In this document: positions 20,675 to 29,205 of the stretch, piece after piece | How positions within the stretch are numbered: the first letter of the stretch is position 1 | How the letters are laid out: each line of letters begins with the position of its first letter | Assembly: GCA_043754535.1 (NCBI GenBank) | Contig: JAYUUN010000029.1 | Coordinates: 1 to 52,796 of the forward strand | Origin: Chloroflexota bacterium | Lineage (GTDB): Bacteria > Chloroflexota > Chloroflexia > QHBQ01 | DNA: 52,796 nt | Reading direction: 5' to 3' | The notes under the pieces: generated by a model | What the model was told of the DNA's origin: nothing | Seen by the model: only the letters and a program-made list of their open reading frames with translations | Database searches by the model: none | Program-made: the position numbers and the translations under genes

Positions 20675-21114
20675 ATGACTCAGCCAACTGAGACCCTGGT
20701 ATCACTGATCAAGCAGCACCAGCCAGATATCAGCGGTCGCATATTTGTGCGCTGTCGTAGCCAGTTGGCTTCGGTTGGCGTGTACCCAGATGCGGCGCAG
20801 GTCGCAGTTCTTCGCCAGACGATTGAGAGCGGACTTGCGCAACTGGCGGATTGGATGCGCTACCCCCGTGCTGACGACCATATTGGCCTTTTCCGCAAGC
20901 TGGTAGACCACGGGTGGCCCTCGGTCTGCCCCCAGAGTTCGCTGCCAGCGACATGGATTTGGTAGATGAGGTGCTGACTGCCTTCATCCACCAGGAGGTC
21001 GAGTCGGAGCGGGTAGTCGCTGAGATCGAGCAGCGGCTGCGGGGCGCGTTGGACGTAGGTCGCGTGCTAATCCAGGAGCATATTGCGCTCTACAATCGAG
21101 AGCGGCAGCGGTAG
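20675..21114 (+). pseudogene. Helical paralog 4, split by a 1-nt frameshift near 20910
   Basis: RBS GAGGAG; ORF 20675-20965 matches the family up to FRKLVDH and ORF 20914-21114 continues it (VALGLPPEFAASDMDLV..EQRL); adding one base to gaccacgggtg joins them. Confidence 0.78.
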
Positions 21115-21131
21115 GGTAAAGGAGCAGCAGC

Positions 21132-21593
21132 GTGCTACAACGAGGCAAAGACCCACTGATCAGCCTGATCGAAGACAACCGCGCCGAATTGGAGGGGCGG
21201 ATCGTCGCTGCTGAACTGCGCGCGTATATTGCTGATGGTTCAGCCAATCCAGAGCTTAAAGCCAGTACGGCAGCCCACGTCAGCGAGGGGCTGAGTTTCG
21301 TGGTGCGCTGGACGGAGACTGCTTCGATGGACGACAGCCACGCTTTCTTCGCTGGGATGCTAGGCCGGAGCCTTGCCCAGGGGATCAGCCCAGCCCAGGT
21401 GATCCAGTTGGTTGACTTGGTCACTGGCGAGATCATCACCCTGGCCCGCGAGAAGCTGCGTGGTATGATCCTGAGCGGTGTGGTGCAGCGGTTGGAGACC
21501 GGGGCGGCAGTGGGCAAGGCGGTAGTGGCGCGCGAAATAGCGAAGGACCAGCATAACGGCAGCGTCCGCGACCAGGCAAGGGCAGCGCGCTAA
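21132..21593 (+). CDS. Helical paralog 5 (closest to paralog 3)
   Basis: RBS AAGGAG; DPLISLIEDNRAELEGRI..VSEGLSFVVRW..LAQGISPAQVIQLVDLVT..AREKL..VQRL. Confidence 0.82.
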   Translation: MLQRGKDPLISLIEDNRAELEGRIVAAELRAYIADGSANPELKASTAAHVSEGLSFVVRWTETASMDDSHAFFAGMLGRSLAQGISPAQVIQLVDLVTGEIITLAREKLRGMILSGVVQRLETGAAVGKAVVAREIAKDQHNGSVRDQARAAR

Positions 21594-21620
21594 AGCGGGT
21601 CGCCAGCGGTGGCCTGAAGA

Positions 21621-21629
21621 TGGTATAAT
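21621..21629 (+). promoter_or_regulatory. Internal extended -10 promoter before paralog 6 and nuoI
   Basis: Exact TGGTATAAT in the intergenic gap. Confidence 0.6.
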
Positions 21630-21668
21630 ATGTGTAGGGATGCACAATCTGCTGGGGCGGGTACCGAG

Positions 21669-22130
21669 ATGGCTGACGCGGTCAGGGGTATGGTAGCCGA
21701 TCTGATCGAGGCTCACTGGCGCGAGCTTCACTTGAGCCTGGTGATGTTGGGGCATGGTGGGGTGGCGGCTAGCCCGCTCTCCCCGCCCGAACTGCAGGCC
21801 ACCCGCCTGGCCGATATCGAGGCTGCCTTGCAGGTGGTGGTAGACTGGCTGCGCTGCCCCTCGTTGACCGAGGCCGACCGCTTCTTCCACCGTTTGCTAG
21901 ACCACAGTCTGGCTCGCGGCCTGAGCGCGGCTGAGATCAACGCGAATATAGACCTGACTAAGGATTTGGTGGCCCGCCTGGTTGCCCTCTACCTTGCTCC
22001 AGAGTTTGCCGCCCGCGCCCTGGTCGAGTTGGAGCGCGAGACGATGATGAGCCGCCTGATCGTCAACAACGAATTATTGCGGCGCAAGGTCATCTTTGGC
22101 AAACAGAATGCTGAGCGGGACGGATATTGA
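21669..22130 (+). CDS. Helical paralog 6 (closest to paralog 4)
   Basis: DLIEAHWREL..IEAALQVVVDWLRCP..FFHRLLDHSLARGLSAAEINANIDLT; start uncertain. Confidence 0.75.
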   Translation: MADAVRGMVADLIEAHWRELHLSLVMLGHGGVAASPLSPPELQATRLADIEAALQVVVDWLRCPSLTEADRFFHRLLDHSLARGLSAAEINANIDLTKDLVARLVALYLAPEFAARALVELERETMMSRLIVNNELLRRKVIFGKQNAERDGY

Positions 22131-22151
22131 TCACACAAAGAGGAGCGGACA

Positions 22152-22886
22152 ATGGCCGCACTGGTTGATCTAGTAAAAGGGCTGGGGACGACCTTCAGCT
22201 ATATGCTACGCAAGACATACACCGTTCCCTATCCGGAGCGCAAGCGGGTGCAGCCACCCCGCACTCGCGGTCGGCACGTGTTGCACCGCTACGAGAACGG
22301 GCTGGAACGCTGCATCGGCTGCCTGCTCTGCTCGGCGGCTTGCCCCGCCAACGCGATTTTCATCGAGGCGGCGGAGAATGACCCCGCCAACCCGACTTCA
22401 CCGGGCGAACGCTACGCCAAGACTTATGAGATCGACCTGCTCCGCTGTATCTTCTGCGGCCTCTGCGAACAAGCCTGCCCGACTGGGGCGGTAACGCTGG
22501 AGAGCGATACCGAGATCGCCAGCTTTAGCCGCCTGGAGCTTGTCGCCAGCAAGGACAAGTTGCTGGAAGCGCGTGGCCTCTCCACCCGTGGCAGCCTGTT
22601 CGCCTGGGACGGCGCGCCACCCGCCCAAACTGCCCTGCCCTTGCCAGAGCGCACCGGAGGATTTGACGGCGCGGTGAACACTGCAGCCGCTGTTGGTCGC
22701 GCCGATCTGCCCGTCAAGCCGCGCCTTGCGCCGCAGGATGCCCCCTCCAATCTGCATGGCGAGATGATCGCAGGTCAGGCTAGCGTGGGGGCTGACCGTA
22801 CTGCGGAGGCTGGCAGGCTGCCCGCTGCGGTAGGGAGCGGCGCGCAGTCCTCCAAAGCCGCGCCAACCGGGGAGGTGCGCCGGTGA
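22152..22886 (+). CDS. nuoI: NADH-quinone oxidoreductase subunit I with Ala/Pro-rich C-terminal extension
   Basis: RCIGCLLCSAACP and RCIFCGLCEQACP 4Fe-4S motifs. Confidence 0.97.
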   Translation: MAALVDLVKGLGTTFSYMLRKTYTVPYPERKRVQPPRTRGRHVLHRYENGLERCIGCLLCSAACPANAIFIEAAENDPANPTSPGERYAKTYEIDLLRCIFCGLCEQACPTGAVTLESDTEIASFSRLELVASKDKLLEARGLSTRGSLFAWDGAPPAQTALPLPERTGGFDGAVNTAAAVGRADLPVKPRLAPQDAPSNLHGEMIAGQASVGADRTAEAGRLPAAVGSGAQSSKAAPTGEVRR

Positions 22887-23431
22887 TCGAGGTCGGTTCG
22901 CTGCTCATCCTCGGCGCGCTGGTGCTAGGGTCAGCCCTCGGCGTAGTGGTCAGTGCCAACAACGTCTACTGCGCTCTCTTTCTGATCGTCAACCTGTTTG
23001 GCCTGGCGATCACCTTCCTACTGCTCAACGCTGTCTTCATCGCAGCGGCCCAGGTGTTGATCTACGCGGGCGCGGTAGTCGTCCTCTTTCTCTTTGTGAT
23101 CACCTTGCTCAGTGCCGACGCAGACAAGATCAGCACTGACCCCCACCCCTGGCAGCGCAATGTTGGTCTGCTGCTGGCAGGCGCACTCGGCATAGTGCTG
23201 GCTTACCTGCTGGCAGGGGCAATCTTCTTCAGCAACGAAGGTAGGGGCAGCCCAAACCTCGGCATTGCTAACGCGGGCAAGTTCGACGGTAGTGTGGAGG
23301 GCTTCGGTCGCGCAATCTTCGGCCAGTTCCTCTTTCCCTTCGAGCTAACCGCTTTCATCCTGCTGGTTGGCTTGATTGGGGCGGTCGTCCTCAACCGCCA
23401 ACAGGGGGAGGAGGGTAATGAGCGATGGTGA
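22883..23431 (+). CDS. nuoJ: NADH-quinone oxidoreductase subunit J
   Basis: [36 protein letters not shown]. Confidence 0.95.
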   Translation: MIEVGSLLILGALVLGSALGVVVSANNVYCALFLIVNLFGLAITFLLLNAVFIAAAQVLIYAGAVVVLFLFVITLLSADADKISTDPHPWQRNVGLLLAGALGIVLAYLLAGAIFFSNEGRGSPNLGIANAGKFDGSVEGFGRAIFGQFLFPFELTAFILLVGLIGAVVLNRQQGEEGNERW

Positions 23432-23733
23432 TCGGCAATCCTGCCTTCTACCTGGGTCTCAGTGCCATGTTGTTCGCCATTGGCGCAGGGGGGGTGCTGA
23501 TCCGCCGTAACCCACTGGTCATGTTCATGTGCATCGAACTGATGCTCAACGGGGTCAACCTCGCCTTTCTCACCTTTGGCAAGCTGTGGGGTAACAACGA
23601 CGGTCAGGTATTCGCCTTCCTGGTGATGACCGTTGCCGCCGCCGAAGCTGTCGTTGGGCTGGCGATCATCATCGCCCTCTTTCGGCCCCGCCAGCGCGTA
23701 GACGTAGATGAGGTGGACGAACTGAAGGGCTGA
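23425..23733 (+). CDS. nuoK: NADH-quinone oxidoreductase subunit K
   Basis: [33 protein letters not shown]. Confidence 0.97.
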   Translation: MVIGNPAFYLGLSAMLFAIGAGGVLIRRNPLVMFMCIELMLNGVNLAFLTFGKLWGNNDGQVFAFLVMTVAAAEAVVGLAIIIALFRPRQRVDVDEVDELKG

Positions 23734-23861
23734 CTGCCTCCCTTCGCCGGGCTGGGAGGGCGTAGGCATAAACCCGTACAGCCTTCTTCACAGGGCATGG
23801 GGATCGCTATGAAATCCCACCTTGCTGGCCGTGAGGTTGGAGAGGACAAGAGGTAGAATAC

Positions 23862-25781
23862 TTGAAGCTGGAAGCTCTAATCTTGCTAGTACCCGCCCTG
23901 CCGCTGCTCGGCTTTGTTGTGCTGGGGCTGCTGCCGCTCCGCTCGCGGGCTGTTGTGGCGGTGGTTGCCAGTGGCAGCGTCCTACTAGCCTTCGTCGCGG
24001 CAGCAGTAGTGGCAGTCAGTGGGGCGCGCGGTCACGTCGGCGATTATGCCTGGATCGGCTCTGGCAGTGCGGTCACGCCCTTCAGCTTTGGCCTGCTAGC
24101 CGACAACCTCAGCCTGACTATGCTGCTGGTGATCACTGGCGTGGGCTTCCTGATCCACGTCTACTCGGCTGGCTATATGGCTGACGATGACGCATATCGC
24201 CGCTTCTTTGCCTACCTCAACCTGTTTATCGCGGCTATGGCTCTGCTGGTCAGTGCGGATGGCTACCTGCTGCTCCTGGTCGGCTGGTCAGGAGTGGGCC
24301 TCGCCAGTTTCCTGCTGATCGGCCACTACTTCACGCGACCGAGCGCGGTGGCGGCAGCGCGCAAGGCTCTAGTGGTCAACGTGATCGGCGATGCAGCGAT
24401 CATGCTAGCGATCTTCATCATGCTGGCCCAGTTTGGCACGGTGCGCTTCGGCGAACTCTTTCCGCAGGTTGGCGGCAGCACCGCCCTGCTTGGCGCGGCA
24501 GCCTTGCTGCTCGTGGCGGCGGCGGCGAAGTCAGCCCAGTTGCCGCTCTACGTCTGGCTACCCGACGCGATGGAGGGGCCGACCCCTGTCAGCGCATTGA
24601 TCCACGCGGCCACAATGGTCACGGCAGGGGTCTACCTGCTGGTACGCAGCTATCCCCTCTACAATCCACTGCTCCTCAGTGGTGGCTTGCTGCTTGACGT
24701 AATCGCCTGGCTGGGAGCAATTACCGCCCTGTTCGCAGCCACCGTCGCCCTGGTGCAGAGCGACCTCAAGCGGGTGCTGGCCTACTCGACGATCAGCCAG
24801 CTTGGTTATATGTTCATGGCAATCGGTGTGGGCGCAAATGGGGCGGCGATGTTCCATCTTGTCACCCACGCTTTCTTCAAGGCGTGCCTGTTCCTCGCGG
24901 CGGGGCTGGTGATCCACGAACTGGGCGGCGAACAAGATATGCGGCGCATGGGCGGGCTACGGCGACGGCTGCCCTTCGCCTGGGCCTGCTTCCTACTCGG
25001 TACCCTGGCGATCAGCGGTATCCCGCCCCTCGCTGGCTTCTTTAGCAAGGACGAAATCCTGACCGCCGCCCGCGCTCATAGCACCAGCTTCCCTGCCCTC
25101 TGGCTGGTCGGCCTCGTTACCGCAGCTCTGACCGCCTTCTATATGTTCCGCGCCTATATGCTGACCTTTGAGGGGCCGCCCACAGTGGAGAACGTCCCCG
25201 ACCCTGCTCCGCTGGGGCATGGCGAAGAAGGCCAGCCCGCTCTCCCCCACTCGCCCCTCAGCATGAGGCTGCCAGTGGCAGGGCTGGCGACCCTCAGCCT
25301 GGTGGGTGGGTTTATCGGCCTACCGGGGGCTAGCTGGTTCACCGAATGGCTCAAACCGGTCTTCGAGCAGTACGGTTATGCTGGGCAGCCAGAGCGGGGC
25401 TTCGACCTTGTTACCGCGCTGCTGGCGGTTGGGGCAGCGGTGGCGGGCATCGGACTGGCCTACCTGCTCTACAGCCCGCGCCCTGGTGAGCAGCGCAAGT
25501 TCGGCACCGGGGGCCTGGCGGCGCGGCTAGCGGGCCAGGAGTGGTACGTACAAGAAGGACTGCGCACCATTGTGGTCGCGCCCCTGCAAGCAGCAGCCCG
25601 CTTCTGCTACAACGTGTTCGAGAAGGTGGTGATGGAGCGGCTGATCGGCGCATTCAGAAGCATCTTCGCCGCCGCTGGCTGGCTACTCAGTCGCGGCGAG
25701 ACGGGGCTGCTGCGCAACTACGCTCTGGTGGTGTTGGCGGGCGCAGTCGCTATCGTGGTCTACGCGCTGCTGCCGAAATGA
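23862..25781 (+). CDS. nuoL: NADH-quinone oxidoreductase subunit L
   Basis: IHVYSAGYM, KSAQLPLYVWLPDAMEGPTPVSALIHAATMVTAG, AYSTISQLG, THAFFKA, FFSKDEI. Confidence 0.97.
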   Translation: MKLEALILLVPALPLLGFVVLGLLPLRSRAVVAVVASGSVLLAFVAAAVVAVSGARGHVGDYAWIGSGSAVTPFSFGLLADNLSLTMLLVITGVGFLIHVYSAGYMADDDAYRRFFAYLNLFIAAMALLVSADGYLLLLVGWSGVGLASFLLIGHYFTRPSAVAAARKALVVNVIGDAAIMLAIFIMLAQFGTVRFGELFPQVGGSTALLGAAALLLVAAAAKSAQLPLYVWLPDAMEGPTPVSALIHAATMVTAGVYLLVRSYPLYNPLLLSGGLLLDVIAWLGAITALFAATVALVQSDLKRVLAYSTISQLGYMFMAIGVGANGAAMFHLVTHAFFKACLFLAAGLVIHELGGEQDMRRMGGLRRRLPFAWACFLLGTLAISGIPPLAGFFSKDEILTAARAHSTSFPALWLVGLVTAALTAFYMFRAYMLTFEGPPTVENVPDPAPLGHGEEGQPALPHSPLSMRLPVAGLATLSLVGGFIGLPGASWFTEWLKPVFEQYGYAGQPERGFDLVTALLAVGAAVAGIGLAYLLYSPRPGEQRKFGTGGLAARLAGQEWYVQEGLRTIVVAPLQAAARFCYNVFEKVVMERLIGAFRSIFAAAGWLLSRGETGLLRNYALVVLAGAVAIVVYALLPK

Positions 25782-25924
25782 AGCATCTGCAAAGGAAAAT
25801 GATCAGCTTGCCACCTGCCATACAGCAGAAGATAAATGAGGCTCTGACCCAGGTGGAGAGTCACTATGCTCACCAGCTTAGGCCCAGCACGCGGCGCACG
25901 CAAATCAGAAGCACGATGAGGTGA
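25778..25924 (+). pseudogene. 48-aa ORF between nuoL and nuoM, possible nucleotidyltransferase N-terminal remnant
   Basis: ATG overlaps the nuoL stop (ATGA); MKHLQRKMISLPPAIQQKINEALTQVESHYAHQLRPSTRRTQIRSTMR*; more AT-rich than its flanks. Confidence 0.3.
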
Positions 25925-25927
25925 CAA

Positions 25928-27430
25928 TTGATACTTGGCATTGACAACCTGCTCTACCTGGCAGCTATCCTGTTCCTGCCCCTACTCGGCAGCCTGCTGC
26001 TGGTGGTCGTGCCACAGCGAGCAGCTAAGGGAGTAGCTCTGCTGTTCAGTGGTCTACTGCTGCTACTTGCCGCTGGGCTGGTCTACGAGGTCGGGGGCGG
26101 TGGGCTGCGGGCGGGCGGCTTGGCGTGGTACGAGCCACTGGGCCTGCGCTTTGCGCTGAAGGCTGACGCGCTCAACCTCTGGCTGGTCGCCCTCACTGCT
26201 ATCTTGCTGCTGATCGCAGTGCTTGCGCCCATCCCTAGCCTACCGCCCGCGTCAAAGGGGGGCGACTCGCCACACGCCAAACTGTACTATGGCTCTATGC
26301 TGGCGTTGGCGGCAGGGATGTTGGGAGTGTTCCTCAGCGATAGCATCTTCCTGTTCTACATCTTCTGGGAGGCCATGCTGATCCCTGCCTACTTGCTGGT
26401 GTCGCGCTTTGCGGGGCCACGGGCGGGCCAGATCGCCCTGCGCTTCCTAATCTATACTATCGGCGGCGGCTTGCTGATGCTCACTGGCTTGATCGGACTG
26501 GGGGCAGCGGCGGCCTCGGCTGGCCTGGGCTTCAACCCCGACGCGATCTTCAGCGGCCTGCGGCTGGGGGCAGAGGCGCAGGGCTTCGTCTTTGCCGCGG
26601 TAGTGGCGGGGGTGATGGTCAAGATACCGCTCTTTCCCTTTCATAGCTGGCTACCAGACGTGTATGGCGAGTCGCCTGTGCCAGTGGTCGTGCTGATCGC
26701 CGGGGTAATGAGCAAGACGGGCATCTATGCCCTGTTGCGTTACGGCGTGATGATGCTACCAGAAGGGGCGCGGGGCTGGCAGCCACTGATTGCGGGCATG
26801 GCAGTGGGCAGCATCCTCTACGGCGCACTCAATGCGTTGGGCGCAACTAGCTTGCAGCGGTTGGTGGCCTACATCAGCCTCAGCCACATGGGTTTCCTTG
26901 CCCTGGGTGCGATCAGCATGACAGCGGACGGCATGAGCGGGGCGATCTTGCAGTCGTTCAACCACGGCATCATTATCGCGGCCATGTTCCTGATCGCAGG
27001 CATGATGCAGCAGCGGGCCGGTAGCACCGCGCTTGCGGCCTTTGGCGGCTGGGGCAAGCGGCTGCCAGTCTTCGCCACCCTGTTCCTGCTATTCAGTCTG
27101 GCGACATTGGGGTTGCCTGGTCTCAGCGGCTTCAGCGGCGAGTTCATGATCATGCTCGGTGCCTACCGCTACCAGCCACTCTATGCTATACTGGCCCTCG
27201 TCGGTGTGGTACTGGCCGCCTGGTATGCCGTGCGTCTCTACCAGAGTGTGATGCACGGGCCAGACGCTCCTCCGCTGTCCTCCGCTCACCCAGGGTCGGC
27301 GGGGCTGGCTGATGCGCAGCGGGCTGAACTGCTGGTGCTGCTACCGCTGCTGCTGCTGATCGTGCTGGTGGGGGTTGCGCCCTGGCTGCTGACCAACTCT
27401 ATCGTTACTTTGTTCGTGGGGGGTCGCTAA
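25928..27430 (+). CDS. nuoM: NADH-quinone oxidoreductase subunit M
   Basis: LFYIFWEAMLIP, VKIPLFPFHSWLP, SKTGIY, SHMGF, LGLPGLSGFSGEF. Confidence 0.96.
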   Translation: MILGIDNLLYLAAILFLPLLGSLLLVVVPQRAAKGVALLFSGLLLLLAAGLVYEVGGGGLRAGGLAWYEPLGLRFALKADALNLWLVALTAILLLIAVLAPIPSLPPASKGGDSPHAKLYYGSMLALAAGMLGVFLSDSIFLFYIFWEAMLIPAYLLVSRFAGPRAGQIALRFLIYTIGGGLLMLTGLIGLGAAAASAGLGFNPDAIFSGLRLGAEAQGFVFAAVVAGVMVKIPLFPFHSWLPDVYGESPVPVVVLIAGVMSKTGIYALLRYGVMMLPEGARGWQPLIAGMAVGSILYGALNALGATSLQRLVAYISLSHMGFLALGAISMTADGMSGAILQSFNHGIIIAAMFLIAGMMQQRAGSTALAAFGGWGKRLPVFATLFLLFSLATLGLPGLSGFSGEFMIMLGAYRYQPLYAILALVGVVLAAWYAVRLYQSVMHGPDAPPLSSAHPGSAGLADAQRAELLVLLPLLLLIVLVGVAPWLLTNSIVTLFVGGR

Positions 27431-29116
27431 GTGCCAAGCCAAGCCGTGCAGATCAACATTACGCTCAACGATTGGACAGCAGTCAGCCCCTTGCTGGTGA
27501 TCGCCGCCAGCATCCTGTTGCTGCTGGTGGTTGACATGATCCTGCCGCCACAGCACAAGGTTTGGCTCGCCCGCCTGGCCCTACTCGGCGTAGTTGGTGC
27601 AGGCTTCAGCACGGTGGTGGTTGCAGTCGCTGGGGCCAAGCCTGGCTTCGGCGGCATGGTGGTGGCCGATGCTTTCGCCGCCTACACCAATCTCACCCTG
27701 CTGGCTGGGGTCGCGCTGACCATCCTGGTCTCCAGCTCCTACATTCGGCGCATCCACGTGCTGGCTAGTGGCGAGTATTATGCCCTGATCCTGGCTAGTA
27801 CGCTGGGCATGATGCTGCTGGCTAGCGGCGCGCACTTCATGGTGCAGTTCCTCGGCCTCGGCCTGCTCTCGCTCGGCCTCTACATCCTGGCGGGCTTCAC
27901 CACAGACCGGGCTATCTCGCGCGAAGCCGCCCTCAAATACTTCCTACTCTCCTCTTTCGCCACCGCCTTCTTCCTCTACGGGGTTGCCTTCCTCTACGGC
28001 GCGAGTGGCACCACCAGCCTGAGTGGGCCACTGACCAGCAGCTTCGGTGACCGCAGCCTGTTCTTGCAGGTAGGGCTGGGGCTGGTAGCTGTCGGTCTCG
28101 GCTTCAAGGTCTCCGCCGTCCCCTTCCATATGTGGACTCCCGATGTCTACCAGGGTGCGCCCGCCCCAGTCACCTTGTTCATGGCGGTGGGGACGAAGGC
28201 GGCGGCTTTTGCGGCTATCTTCCGCATCTTTAATGGTGCCTTCAGTGACTCGGCGGCTAGCTGGCAGCCCATCCTTTGGCTGATGGCAGTGCTGACGATG
28301 ATCGCGGGCAACTTGCTGGCCCTGCGCCAGAGCGAACTAAAGCGGATGCTGGCCTACTCCAGCGTAGCGCACGCGGGCTATATTCTCGTCGGGGTGGTTA
28401 CTAACACGCCGCAGAGCGTGGCTGCCAGCCTCTACTACCTGGCGGTCTACACTGCAATGAATGCCGGTGCCTTCGCGGTGCTGGCGGCAGTCGAGCGTAG
28501 CAACGGGCGTGGCACTACCCTGGCGGAGCTACGTGGCCTCGCTACGCGCAAGCCGGTGGCAGCTGCGGCCCTCGGCCTCTTTCTCTTTTCGCTGACCGGC
28601 ATCCCTCCACTGGCTGGCTTCTTCAGCAAGCTGGCGATCTTCACCGCTGCCGCCCAGACCCAGGTGGCTCTAACCGTGATCGGTCTCGCTATGTCCGCTG
28701 TCTCCGCCTACTACTATCTGCGGGTAGCTGTCGCCCTTTATGCGCCGCTTGCTCCCACCGTACTTTCCGCAGCGCAGGGGGACGATGAAGATGATGCTGG
28801 TGGGGTGACATTGTTGGAGGAGATGACGGCTGTTGCGCCCACATTCAGCCTGAACGAGCCTGTACCACTCGCGCGCAGTGGCACTGCCGTGCTGGAAGCC
28901 CCGCCTACGCTGAAGGAGAACGCGCTACAGCTTCGCAGCGGCATGGCAACCCAGGTGCAGCCTGCCAGCATCGTCAGCAGCCCCGAAGACGGCGGCATAG
29001 TGCAGGGGCCACTCTATATCGCCTTGGGCCTGGCGGCGGCTGGCACCCTCCTACTCGGCTTCCTGGTCGGCCCGATGCTGGATGCAGCGTTGCGGGCGGC
29101 ACAGAGCTTGCGCTAA
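27431..29116 (+). CDS. nuoN: NADH-quinone oxidoreductase subunit N with a hydrophilic insertion before the last helix
   Basis: EAALKYF, FKVSAVPFHMWTPDVYQGAP, KRMLAYSSVAHAGY, GIPPLAGFFSK, YYYLRV. Confidence 0.96.
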   Translation: MPSQAVQINITLNDWTAVSPLLVIAASILLLLVVDMILPPQHKVWLARLALLGVVGAGFSTVVVAVAGAKPGFGGMVVADAFAAYTNLTLLAGVALTILVSSSYIRRIHVLASGEYYALILASTLGMMLLASGAHFMVQFLGLGLLSLGLYILAGFTTDRAISREAALKYFLLSSFATAFFLYGVAFLYGASGTTSLSGPLTSSFGDRSLFLQVGLGLVAVGLGFKVSAVPFHMWTPDVYQGAPAPVTLFMAVGTKAAAFAAIFRIFNGAFSDSAASWQPILWLMAVLTMIAGNLLALRQSELKRMLAYSSVAHAGYILVGVVTNTPQSVAASLYYLAVYTAMNAGAFAVLAAVERSNGRGTTLAELRGLATRKPVAAAALGLFLFSLTGIPPLAGFFSKLAIFTAAAQTQVALTVIGLAMSAVSAYYYLRVAVALYAPLAPTVLSAAQGDDEDDAGGVTLLEEMTAVAPTFSLNEPVPLARSGTAVLEAPPTLKENALQLRSGMATQVQPASIVSSPEDGGIVQGPLYIALGLAAAGTLLLGFLVGPMLDAALRAAQSLR

Positions 29117-29205
29117 AACTGGATCGTGGCGGCAATACGTAGTACAATGGAGGGCGCAACCAGTGCGCCCTTTGCCCAGCAGTTAGATTAGAAAGCGAGT
29201 TAGTT

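Noticed and set aside
19231..22130. Heme globins or phycobiliproteins as the identity of the array
   Set aside because: No His or Cys is conserved across the six units, so only a fold-level resemblance is proposed.
23862..29116. 2M-type complex I with a duplicated nuoM, known from some Chloroflexota
   Set aside because: Only one nuoL, one nuoM and one nuoN are present.
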